Shown here: positions 51,535 through 63,801 of the stretch, piece after piece | Layout of the letters: the number at the start of each line of letters is the position of its first letter | Position numbering within the stretch: position 1 is the first letter of the stretch | Origin: Octopus vulgaris | Lineage: Eukaryota | Assembly: GCA_951406725.2 (NCBI GenBank) | Contig: OX597825.1 | Span: 47,988,001 to 48,052,000 of the forward strand | DNA: 64,000 bases | Direction: 5' to 3' | The notes under the pieces: generated by a model | What the model was told of the DNA's origin: nothing | The model's input: only the letters and a program-made list of their open reading frames with translations | The model's database searches: none | Position numbers and translations under genes: made by a program

Positions 51535-54500
51535 CATCATCATCATCATCATCGTTTAGCGTCCGTTTTCCATGCTAACATGGGTTGGATGGTTCTACTG
51601 GGGTCTGTGAAGCCAGAAGGCTTCATCAGGCCCAGTCAAATCTGGCAGTGTTTCTACGGCTGGATGCCCTTCCTAACGCCAACCACTCCGTGATTGTAGT
51701 GGGTACTTTTTACGTGCCACCCGCACTAGTGCCAGACAGAGCTGGCAAACGGCCACGAACGGATGGTGCTTTTTATGTGCCACTGGCACGAGGGACAGGC
51801 GAGGCTGGCAACGGACACGAAACGGGGCGGTGCTGGCAACGGTCGCGAAACGGAAAGTTCTCTTACATGCCACCGGCACTGGTAACACATCTGCAATTTC
51901 CATTGATCGATTTCCATTGATCGATTTCCATTGATCGATTTCGATTCTGATTCTCACTTGCCTCAACGGGTCTTCACAAGTAGAGTTTCGACATGCCACC
52001 GGCACTGGTAACACATCCGCAATTTCCATTGATCAATTTCGATTCTGATCCTCACTTGCCTCAACAGGTCTTCACAAGTAGAGTTTTGTGTCCCAAGAAG
52101 GGAAGGTATGCATACGTAGGCTGGCTCCATCCCATGTAGAAGGCCACGGGTTTTGGACTCACTTGTCCTGCCGGGTCTTCTCGCGCACAGCACACTTCCA
52201 GAGGTCTCGGTCTCTAGTCATTTCCTCAGTGAGACCTAAAGTTCGAAGGTCGTGCTTCACCACCTCGTCCCAGGTTTTCCTGGGTCTGCCTCTTCCACAG
52301 GCTCCCTCAACCGCTAGGGTGTGGCACTTTTTCACACAACTATCTTCATCCATTCTCGCCACATGACCATACCAGCGCAAACGTCTCTCTTGCACACCAC
52401 AACTGATGCTTCTTAGGTCCAGCTTTTCTCTCAAGGTACTTACACTCTGCCGAGTGTGAGTACCGGCATTACACATCCATCGGAGCATACTGGCTTCATT
52501 TCTTGCGAGCTTACGCATATCCTCAGCAGTCACGGCCCATGTTTCACTGCCATGTAGCATGGCTGTTCGAACACACGCATCATACAGTCTGCCTTTCACT
52601 CTGTGCGAGAGGCCTTTTGTCACCAGCAGAGGTAAGAGCTCTCTGAACTTTGCCCAAGCTATTCTTACTCTAGCAGTTACACTTTCAGCACACCCGCCCC
52701 CGCTGCTGACTTGGTCACCTAGGTAACGGAAACTATCAACTATTTCTAGTTTTTCTCCCTGGAAAGTGACGGAAGTTGGTCTCAGAGCATTTTCAGTGTT
52801 TATTGTTCCTGAGCATCTGCCACATACAAAAACCATCTTCCTAGTTAGCCTTCCTTTGACATTGCTGCATCTCTTATGTGTCCATAGCTTACACTTGGTG
52901 CATCTTATAGAGTTTCTACCTACACCTTTTCTACAGATCAAGCAGGGCCATCTACCTGAAGGTGTTTGTGATTTGTCTACCTTCCTACTGATTACGACTT
53001 TGGTTTTAGCTAGATTGACTCTGAGGCCCTTCGATTCTAATCCTTGTTTCCACACCTGAAACTTCTCCTCCAGTTCTGATAGCGACTCAGCAATTAGAGC
53101 AAGGTCATCAGCATAGAGGAGCTCCCAAGGGCATCCTGTCTTGAATTCCTCCGTTATTGCCCGGAGGACTATGATAAATAGGAGGGGGCTGAGTACTGAG
53201 CCTTCGTGGACCCCTACCTCTACCCGGAATTCTTCACTGTACTCATTTCCAACCCTCACCCTACTAGCAGCGTCCCTATACATGGCCCGCACAGCTCTCA
53301 CTAACCATTCATCTATCCCTAGTTTCCTCATTGCCCACCAGATAAGGGATCGGGGGACCCTGTCGAAGGCTTTCTCCATGTCAACAAAAGCCAGGTACAG
53401 GGGCTTATCTTTGGCTAGGTATTTCTCCTGCAGCTGCCTTACCAGGAATATAGCATCAGTAGTACTTTTCCCTGGCACAAACCCAAACTGCATCTCATCT
53501 AAACTAACTCTCTCTCTAATTAGTTGGGCTATGACCCTCTCCGTAACCTTCATCACCTGATCCAACAGCTTGATACCTCTGTAGTTATTTGTATCTAGGG
53601 CATCACCTTTACCTTTGTAGCAGTTGACTATTATACTGCTACACCAGTCATTGGCTTTGACTCCTTTGTGTATCACCTGATTAACTATACGGGTGACTAG
53701 GCTATAGCCGACACTACCAGACATTTTGAGCATCTCTGCAGTGATTCCTGATGGGCCTGGGGCTTTTCCTGTCTTCATGCTTCTAATTGCCTTAGCTACC
53801 ACGGAACTATCAACTCGGATAGCTGGTCCCTCTGTTGGGTCAACATTCGGCAGACTCTCTTTATCCCATTCATTTTCTTCATTCAGCAACCTTTCATAGT
53901 GGCATCTCCAAACCTCTCTCTTTGCATCCTCATTTAGCGCAAGTGAACCATCTTCCATGCGAACACACTTCTCTCCTACCACATCACGATTCTCTCTCAC
54001 ACACTGTCTTGCAACGCGAAACACCTCCAGTCTTTGGTCCTCACGGCGCAGAACATTGGCAAATTTTTTCTTATCTGCTTCCCCTCTGGCTAAATAAACA
54101 TGTCTCCTAGCTTCTCTTTTGGCAGCCTGATACAATTCCCTGCTACCCCCATTTTTCCAGACCTTCCAAGCCTGTCTCTTTTCTCTAAATAGCCCTGTCT
54201 ACAATATTGTTCCACCACCACGTTATTCTAGGTCGAGAGGGGACTTTGCACCAGCCACAGATCTGGTCAGTGGCTCTCATCAGGTTGTCCCTTAGAAACG
54301 TCCAGCTGTCTTCTACCCCCTGTGATGCTCTATCCCCTTCTACTTCGTCAGAGGCTTCAAGTAATATGTCCCTAAATCTCTGTCCATTTGCAGGATCTTT
54401 AAGCTTCCAGATCCTTCTTCTCCATATTTGTCGTCTTCTGGTTGTCCTCCTAGTCCTGATCCTAAAGTCACTAACTACCAGTCTATGTTGTGGGGTACAT

Positions 54501-54688
54501 TCTTCACCTGGGAAGGTTTTGGCATTTATAAGCAGCCATCTCTCCCTTTGCCTTGCAAGGATGTAGTCAATTTGGCTGGTATGTTGGCCCGATCGGTAAG
54601 TGACTAGGTGGCTGGTAGGTTTCCTGAAGTTAGTGTTGCAAATCATAAGATTATTTGCATCGCAGAACTCCAGCAGCCTGGTTCCCTC
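51534..54688 (-). mobile_element. Young, 5'-truncated RTE LINE: APE C-terminus, 658-aa RT ORF with internal PHD finger, 3' UTR and (GAT)n tail
   Basis: ORFs 54185-54712 (SQIDYIL, QHRLVV) and 52159-54135 (NYRGIKLL, QFGF, DMEKAFD, YADD, FRYLG); one frameshift at ~54180. Confidence 0.96.
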
Positions 54689-54805
54689 ATATATACACAC
54701 ACATATATACACATTTCTTTTTCCCCCAAAAATGTGACCGCGTGTGTACCGTTGGCGATTTTTTTTCCTCTGTCTTCCCTTTTTCTGGATCTTTCCTTCT
54801 CCTAT

Positions 54806-54840
54806 GTTTCCGACGAAGAGCTCCGCTCGAAACGTTAAAC
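54806..54840 (+). ncRNA. Minimal type I hammerhead-like motif (Penelope type) with a U4C core variant
   Basis: gttt-CCGACGA-A-GAGC-tcc-GCTC-GAAA-CG-TT-aaac; AACGTT is palindromic. Confidence 0.5.
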
Positions 54841-54949
54841 CCTCCTTCTTTCCTGAGCGTCCAATAATACTATATTTGTTCCACGTCCTCGCGTTGTTAT
54901 GTTTTTTTGTGCTTTTTTGTTTGGATTAACTTTATATATATATATATAT

Positions 54950-54980
<31 letters not shown>

Positions 54981-55163
54981 CATATATATTATATGTAATT
55001 TTCTAGATGGTGTAATTTAATTATACATTTTGAATTGGTAAAAGGTGGGTTTTTTCTAATATTTTTGATATATTTATTATATTGTGTGGAATTTGATTTA
55101 GTATTTCTGAATTGAATTCTTTTTCTTTATAAGTTTGGATTTTATTCCCTCAAATAATAATTA

Positions 55164-55202
<39 letters not shown>

Positions 55203-55302
55203 TCAGGGTATATGGTACTGCATCAGGGCATTGGTACTGCATCAGGGCATTGGTACTGCAAGAGGGCATATATTATTATTATTATTATTATTATTATTAA
55301 AC

Positions 55303-55515
55303 GAGACAAGCTGGTAGAATCGTTAGCACACCAGGTGAAATGCTTAGTGGTATTTCATCTGTCACTACATTCTGAGTTCGAATAACGCCGAGGTCAACTT
55401 TACCTTTCACCTTTTCAAGGTCAATAAGTTAAATACCAGTTGAGTACTGTGGTCAATGTAATTGACTATCCCCTACTCCAAATTTCAGGCCTTGTGTCTA
55501 TAATAGAAAAGACTA
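55303..55515 (+). mobile_element. SINE family B
   Basis: GCTGGTAGAATCGTTAGC...GAGTTCGAA head, conserved core and (ATT)n tail. Confidence 0.78.
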
Positions 55516-55529
55516 TTATTATTATTATT

Positions 55530-56295
55530 CTATGTTTGACTTTTGCTTTACATTTGCACAAGTTGGCTCCAAGTCTCACCCAGAGACCTCAAGAGACAAC
55601 AGGTTGGAAGTTGTTATGCCTAGTGTGCCATATATTTGGTTTTGTATTTAGTGTTGTACTAGTGAATGTCTAAAAAAAAAAACGAAAATTATACATAGAA
55701 AGTATTTTGCATAGAATATGCGCAGTTCCCATGAGCACTATCTTTTGAATTTGTGCCATTTTGGGGTTTCCTGGTATCTGAGTTAGGTAGCGATCAGCCC
55801 CTTTTGCTATCATTCCCAGGGCACCTATGACAACAGGTATTGTTTTAGTCTTCAGGTTCCACATTTTGCTGATTTCTATTTCAAAATCTTTATATTTGCT
55901 CAGTTTTTGGTAGGTCTTGACAGATACGTTTATATTGATTGGGACAGTCATATCAATGAGGAGGCATGTTCTTTGTTTGAAGTCTTTCAATATGATGTCT
56001 GGCCTATTTGCATCTATCTTTCTGTCAGTTTGAATGGTGAAGTTCCAGAGGAGTGAGATGTGGTCATTTTCAAGCACTGGAGGTGGTTTGTGTTCCTACC
56101 AGTTTTTTTTCATGGGGCAAATCCAGGTTTTTGCAGATTACCCAGTGAATATATTGTGCATCTCTATCATGCCTGTTGAGATACTCTGTAGGCGCTAGAA
56201 GACTGCACTTGGAGACAACATGATCAATGGTTTCATTTTGTTGTTGACATACACGACATGTTGGGCTACTGCCGTTCTTTAATATGTTGGCCCTT
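55530..56295 (-). mobile_element. R4/Dong-like RLE element 3' end
   Basis: CRVCQQQNETIDHVVSKC knuckle; NRPDII...LIDMTVP...KLSKY RLE motifs; flanked by (ATT)n on both sides. Confidence 0.9.
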
Positions 56296-56331
56296 ATTAT
56301 TATTATTATTATTATTATCATTATTATTATT

Positions 56332-56548
56332 AGGGCAGCAAGCTGGCAGAATCATTAGCACACTGGATGAAATGCTTAGCAGTATTTTGCCTGCAACTAC
56401 ATTCTGAGTTCAAATTCTACCGTGGTCTACTTTACCTTTCATCCTTTTGAGGTTGATAAATTAAGTATCAGTGAAACATTGGGGTCGATGCGATTGATTG
56501 GTTCCCCTGCCCCAAATTTCAGGCCTTGTGTCTTTAGTAGAAAGGATT
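56332..56548 (+). mobile_element. SINE family B
   Basis: Paralog of 55303-55515. Confidence 0.78.
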
Positions 56549-56559
56549 GTTATTATTAT

Positions 56560-57200
56560 TTAAGACATCACACAGTATCCAATATGATGTTGTTGATTGA
56601 AGATATTGTGTCTACTGGGGGTTTGTACTATCTGTCAAGTCACAACAAGGACAGTACTTTACACAATATGCATGCAGTTCCAAGTAATGCCAGTTTTTGC
56701 AATACACATAGCTTGTAGGGTATTTCTATAGTTTCCAGATGTTTCTTCAGACTGGGACAATCTTTATGTTTGACTCTCATAGCTGCCACATCTTGACAAT
56801 CCCAATTCTCAGGTCTCCATATTTATCAATCTTTTCTCTTTCTTTCATGATATGTTGATCTCCTGGCACTGCCACATCGATTATTAGGCACTTTTGTTCG
56901 TCCCTCTTAAAGGTTACTATATCCGGCCTTCAGTGCTCTAACATCTTGTCTGTCTGGAAGTCAAAGTCCCGGAAGATTTTGCCTTCCCCTTTTCATCCAT
57001 TAGCTTTTCTGGTGTATGTTGGTACCAAGCACCCGTTACCTCTATCCATACTTCTGGCATAATAGCCAGTGAAGGTTTTGTGCTACCTTTTTGTGTCTGC
57101 ACTTGTTCTCTTTTTGTGCAAGACTTTCAAAAGCACTAACAATGTGAGTCACGTTTTTGACCCTCTTCCTTCAAATTCTGCAGAGGTTTGTTGCACTTGT
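56560..57200 (-). mobile_element. R4/Dong-like RLE element 3' end (second family)
   Basis: Reverse complement of 61600-62295 (DFDFQTDK...RPDIVT). Confidence 0.85.
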
Positions 57201-59399
57201 GTGATATATATCAATTTTCACATCATAATTATAATTATTATTATTATTATTAAACTAGCAAATGCTAATTAGTAGGAATTTTATCTTGAGGTATAAAAGT
57301 CTTCAAGTCTCAAGAATCTTCCTTAGTGAGTCTCAATTTCAATCTCTTTTGGTCTTTTAGGTAGCATTTTGTGTGCTGTGTCAAGAACAACAATTACCGC
57401 ATGAATTGTTGTCATAGCAGTGTTGCCAACTTAAAATCAGAATTTTATGCTAAATTTCAGTAGAAAAATTACCAAAAAATATAACAAAAAAATACTAAAG
57501 ACTAATTATATCAAAAAGCTTAGTTAATCTCAAAACAAAGATGATTGTCTTTTTGTGAACTATATCATTGTTAATCCTTTGCTATGCCAGATATTTACAG
57601 TAAATGGATTTGTAGTTTGAATGTCGTAAGCAGTAGCACTGAGAGCCCCATGGCCAATGATCAATTTGTGTAGTTGTAATGTCAAATATTGGTTGAACAT
57701 AAAATATATAATAGCATTGTATACTGATACAGTGAATAAAAAAGATCACTTCTAATATATTCTTTGGTAAATATTTCAATAGGGGTCACCAAGAGTATTC
57801 AGATATCCAGAGTTCAAATCTTACCAGAAGTATCAATGTCTAGTATTTAGATAATGTACCACTGTCTTTGTTCAACACCCTACACCCACCACATACATTC
57901 ACACTTCCATAGATACCCACCTCAAGTTTTTTGTGAGAAAGTTAACTCATATGATGCCATTCATCAAATAACTAAATAAATAAATAAATAAATAACTAAA
58001 TAAATAAAACCTCAGTGAAATTTGTGCTCAATAAATAACTGAAAATATTTGACTTTGTAGATTTATCAAACCCATTTTTATAATGTCAGCAGTTTGATCA
58101 TATCTATGTCACTGGCCTGACTTATTATTTATTTTTTACTAGGTAACTGCTAATATGTCAGCACTCAATAGGTTTCTTAGAGTAGCATTGTAAGATTTTT
58201 CTTTAATATGTCACTATAATGTATTCATATGTTAGCTTGTGGAAATCTTCTACAAATATTTCATTCACTGACTATCAGAGCTAAGTTACTAGGAGCCTCA
58301 ATTAAGCTAATTCACTATGAAGAACATAATTCTACCCTAGAGTAAATTATCTCGTCTGTTAAATATTTCAAGAAGCAGAAGAATGGATCACGTTGGTTGG
58401 TTGGGGGGGGGGGGATTATATTTACTATCAGCTGAGTGCACTTACTTTCTGAAGAAAGTCAAAAAGCATCTGAAGAAACTGAGATAACACAAGACCATTG
58501 TATTTTGAGGAATTTAATTTTCTAAGTTCAAACCATGTGAAAGTAAGTTTTATATTTTTCTTTCCTCCAATGTTGACAAGAGATTTATATTTTTACCAGT
58601 AAAACAAACCATAGTACCTCCACAACAGCTCTCAAGTCTGATAATTAAATATTTTCTATCTTACAAGTGTTCTTTGCAATACAGAACTTAATTATTTCCC
58701 GCGTCAATTATATTTTTCTAGCATTTCTCTTTCCTCAGCTGCCTTTTGTGTCAGGTTTCCTAAAGAAAACTTGCTTCAATTCAGGAAATTGTTTTGAGTT
58801 TGGTTCAGAATAATATTATTAAAATATTTTCATGATTTCTTTCCATGATTTCTTTCTTTATTCGTTCTTGTAAAGTAAATCCATAATTTAGTAAAAAGAA
58901 AAAAGTGTTCATTGTTGTATATGTTAAAACATTATTCCAAAACAGAGTTTGTATTTATCTAAAGTGCAATAGTCACTATATATTGTAATGATATTTTGTG
59001 CTTTCAGTAAATTATTTCATTGTGTTAGATAATTTCATTTCTGAATATAATATATAAGATATACATGAGTATATTGCAACCATGTTTATGCTGAATTCTG
59101 GAAACTTACAGTAAAAGAAAATGCAGAATGGATTTGGCCTACGTTTCTTAGAAGAAAAGAAATTTTGGAAGTCTTCAAATAATATTTTGTATTTTCCATA
59201 ATTATTTTACATTTCTGTATTCAAATTATACCATTTTCTGATTTATTTTACATCCTTCTGGCTTCTGTAAAGTAAAATACCATTTACATAGTGAAGTTGA
59301 TTTAATCAACTGTTTCCAAAATATCTACTCTTATGTCTCCCTTAGAACCATTATTATCATGAAGCAAATCTTACCATGAGCAGATTTTCCTGAAAATTT

Positions 59400-60304
59400 A
59401 CTGCATATGTGGGAATTTCTGTCTGTGGGTATGTTTGTGGAGTTGTTAGCTAACTCCTCCTACATCGTTCTATTGATTTTGATGAAACTTGACACGTGAG
59501 TAGAACTCATGTCTGGAAACCTCATGGCATACTTAGATTGTTGAAAAGAAATCGAAAATAGGGCCCCTTGAAGGGATCCTTATATATATATCTAGTAGAT
59601 TTTATTTTAAAAGCCAAGGGAAATAACCCATTCGCCCATATTTTAACAGCCAAGTGAAATAATTCATTTTCCTAAATCATTTGGTATAAATCAAATTGAG
59701 TATGCTTATTTCTTAGTATTTGAACAGTTAGAGTTATTTTCGCATTTTATCCAGTACAATCCTTAAACAAGTAAATAGTATTTTCCTAAACAATAAATAG
59801 ATCCACTTATTTCGGTCAGTGACTTATTCACGAATATACCAACACTAGCGCCGCTGAGGGTAATATTATATGGGAACGTACAAAAAGCTCTTTTCAGAGT
59901 TATTTACTTTGAATTGTTATCTCATCTGTAATTAACCTGTATTTTACGTAACATGCTTCACGATTTTAGTATACATACCTTATTAGTATTTCCTCCTAAG
60001 TTCTATATACTCTGGGAACGCATTAAAGCCCTTTTCGGGGCTACTTTATTTGAATTCTTACTATCGGGTAACTAATTTCATTTTATTAGATAACTGACTT
60101 CACAATTTAGGTATTCATAACTTATTGGTAATTCCTAAAAGCAAGATCCTGAGTAAGACAGTTTGGTATTTTCTGTAAATGCACAAAAACCGTTTTAAGG
60201 GCTACATACTTTGTATTGTTGTTATTGGACTAGCGAAACAATTATCAGAGCGGAACCAAAGGATAAGCCCCGTTTTCACGGGAATTACCGGGTACGTCAG
60301 CTAG
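59400..60304 (+). mobile_element. Probable non-autonomous Helitron-like element
   Basis: 3' hairpin CCCG-TTTTCA-CGGG followed by ...GCTAG|T at 60304; GATGAAACTTGAC motif shared with 5108-5487; 5' end uncertain. Confidence 0.5.
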
Positions 60305-61539
60305 TATATAAATAGATAAGTATTCTGTTGTCATGACATCTATTCGAATGTTACGTTGCACTTTCGAAGGGAAATAACTCCATTCGAAATGTTATCTGAT
60401 GCGAAACAGTAAGGAAGAGGTGATAAATAGTAGTGAAGGCTGATGTAAGAAGGGTCAGAGCAGGAGGAGACACTAAAACAATATTAAAAGACATATTTAT
60501 TATAAAAATTCATTATTATCTATTATTCATTAGTGTTACTGATATCATTATTTATATATTTATATATTAACCTTAATCCATCGTCAAACAAATTATCATA
60601 ATCACCATTAAGATAAGAAATAAATTCATGAATCAAAATACAAATAAAAACCTTATAAATGTCAAATTTCCCTGTTGGCTGCTAGTTTATACATAATATC
60701 GTTTTGACCTTGCCATTAATCATTTCTCGTTGCCCTAGTAGTAAGCATAATGTTAAGCCAATCTCTCTAAGTCTTTAAAAGCTGGTACTAATGTTTCGCT
60801 CTCGAACGATCTCAATTTTGACTCTCACATAAACTGCTCATCATTCCCACTGCAGTATATATGCGTCCACTTAAACATATACTCATCATAGCCACTCGAA
60901 AAAATTTAAGGTAAGTATTAAAGACTAATAAAAGTATAATTATTTTCATTGGATTATTACAGTCGTCTAAGCCAATATTTATCACATTTCAGCTCGTAGG
61001 CGGGGTGTCATCTGTAGTGTAGGGAATGAAGGACTTTCTGATGGCTAATAAGTTCGATTCTTCCTCTATACAGCCTGTTGCAAGAATCACATTCGTTTGT
61101 AGGTGCTGGTTGGGGTTGGGGTCTCTGTCTTACCTTACGTGGTTATTTCACTCCAATATCTATTCTTCTGTTTTCTTCAAAACGGTATATTCCTGTCTCG
61201 GTTAAATTACCCTAAACAGTACGTTGGCTGACTGTCATTTCCCAGGAAGTTTGAACTATACCAGGACTCTTCGGAGGTTTCTTTAATCGGTTTTTGTAGC
61301 GTCGCAGGGATCATACACAAGGGCGTATCCTATTTTCCCCATGCGATCCACAGAGCCTACCCAACTGAGGCAGTGCTTATGACTGTCGCCTTCAAGCTAA
61401 TTTGCCCCGCTCTCTTTAGTAGATGAATGTTGGTAACATAGTCTTCTCATTCGATGTTCATGATAGACTACGGCCATACCGGGGTATATATATTTTCCTT
61501 AGATGACTGTAATAATAATAATAATAATAACAATAAAAG

Positions 61540-62296
61540 AATACTGAAAGCCTAATCATCACAACCCAGAACTAGGCATTGAATACCAACTCAGTGAAAA
61601 AGAATATATACCATACAAGAGGTATATATTCGGACCTCTGCAGAATGTGTGGGAGAGGGTCCAAAATATGACTCACATTGTTAGTACTTGTGAAAGTCTT
61701 GCGCAGAAAGTATACAAGCCACGACAAAGTAGCCTCTCCACTGGATACTATGCCAGAATTATGGATATGAGGTTACGGGTGCTTGGTACCAACATACACT
61801 GGAAAAGGTAATGGACGAAAAGGGGAAGACAAAAATCCTCTGGGACTTTGATTTCAAGACAGACAAAGTGTTAGAGCACCGAAGGCCGGATATAGTAACT
61901 TTTAGGGGGAACAAACAAGAGTGCCTCACAATTGATGTGGTAGGGCCAGGAGATCAATATATCATCATGAAAGAAAAAGAAAAGGTTGATAAATATGGAG
62001 ACCTGAGAAGTGAGATCGCTAAGATGTGGCAGCTACGAGAGACGAACATAAAGGTTATCCCTATTGTCATTGGAGCATTGGGTTCAATATAACCCAATCT
62101 GAAAAAACATCTGAAAACCTTAGAGATACCCTACAATCTAGAGGTATTGCAAAAGTCGGCATTACTTAAAACTGCACGCATATCGCATAAAGTACTGTCT
62201 GTCTGAGGTCCTTGCTGTGACTTGACAAACAATACAAACCCCCAGTAGACACAGTATCTTCTATCAACAACCTCATATTGTATACTATGCGATGTC
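61540..62296 (+). mobile_element. R4/Dong-like RLE element 3' end
   Basis: CRMC...HIVSTC; KILWDFDFKTDK...RRPDIV...IDV...KVDKY; (AAT)n on both sides. Confidence 0.9.
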
Positions 62297-62341
62297 TATA
62301 ATAATAATAACAACAACAACAACGACGACGACGACGACACC

Positions 62342-62380
<39 letters not shown>

Positions 62381-62482
62381 AATAATAATAAAGCGAAAGA
62401 CTACTCAATATATGCGATAGAATGTATTTGTTGCAAACTGACGATTCAATGTCATCATTCAGGTTCTAATACTGCAAGCATA

Positions 62483-63368
62483 TCTATATATATAAAACTC
62501 TAGTTGTGTGAGTGTCTGTCCCCTTCGATTTAGATTCCTAACTCCTCCCACATTTTGCGGTGCAGTTTAACCAAATTCGGGTATCTTATAGTCGTGATTC
62601 ATATCGAGCCCGTCTGACTATTAGCGCGCGTCAACGATGAGTCTACGATTTTAAAAATAATTTAACATCATTTTTTATTCCATTTTAATGCATAAAATGT
62701 ATCGTGTGTCGATGGCGGCGGAGTTGGCGTCCACGCTCACAGCTGCACCTGTTTGCTTCTCCCCCTTCCCTCCCTCGTGAAGCTGTGAGGAAGGGAGTGT
62801 AAAGAAATCAACGTCGTAAAGCGTTGTGAAGGAAACCAGCGTTCTTTTAGAACAACGACTTCATGGCTTGAAGACACCAAAACAAAAATGGCTAAGAAAG
62901 CCCGAATTTATAAGGGAAGTAACTCTCTAAAAATGCTTATATAGTTATTTCCCTTACAAACCCGAGCAACGCCGGGCGATACTGCTAGTCTTTATATATA
63001 AAACTGTAGTTGTGTGAGTGTCTGTCCCCTTCGATTTAGATTCCTAACTACTCCCACATTTTGCGGTGCAGTTTAACCCGAACCGGGTGTTTTATAGTCG
63101 TGATTCATATCGAGCCCTTCTGGGTATTAGCGCGCGTCTACGATGAGTCTACGATTTTTAAAATAATTTACCATTTTTTTCCATTTTCATGCATATTTCT
63201 TTAAAGGGAAGTAACTCTCTAGAAATGTCTACGATGAGTCAACGATTTAAAAAAAAATTTACCATCATATTTTTTCCATTTTTAATGCATTTTTTTGCTA
63301 TTACTCTCTAAAAATGCTGTATAGTTATTTCCCTTACAAACCTGAGCAACGCCGGGCGATACTGCTAG
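62483..63368 (+). mobile_element. Two head-to-tail non-autonomous Helitron-like elements (62483-62988 and 62989-63368)
   Basis: A|TC...CCCGAGCAACGCCGGG-CGATACTG-CTAG|TC...CTAG|T. Confidence 0.8.
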
Positions 63369-63713
63369 TATTTCATAAATAGTGCTCTTGTTCCTCAACA
63401 GAGCTCTTTTTTTTTTTATCAAATATGTCTTATATTCTTTTCGGGGCTTTATTTTCTCAGCGCAGCCATATTTTCTTAAAGACTTCAAACACGACAATAA
63501 TAGTAAGAAGTAAAAAAAAATTGTAGGAAAGAACCGAGAAATTGTTGTTTGAGCTCCATTTCAAACAGCGATTGTGTGAAGATAACAAAAAAAAAAAAGA
63601 AAATGAAAGGGAAATAAACATAAATTAGCATAAAGAAGCTTTAAAGGGAAATAACTCTGACAAAGTTAGACTTTTAAAAAATTATCTATTATAGTTTACA
63701 TTCCTTGGAGATG

Positions 63714-63715
<2 letters not shown>

Positions 63716-63800
<85 letters not shown>
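63716..63800. repeat. (GA)n microsatellite
   Basis: Read directly from the sequence. Confidence 0.95.

Positions 63801-63801
<1 letters not shown>

Noticed and set aside
55203-55268. Three copies of the 19 bp unit CAGGGCATTGGTACTGCAT
   Set aside because: It matches the reverse complement of the end of the TAA-flanked repeat (43718-43735), so it is a slippage remnant, not an independent element.
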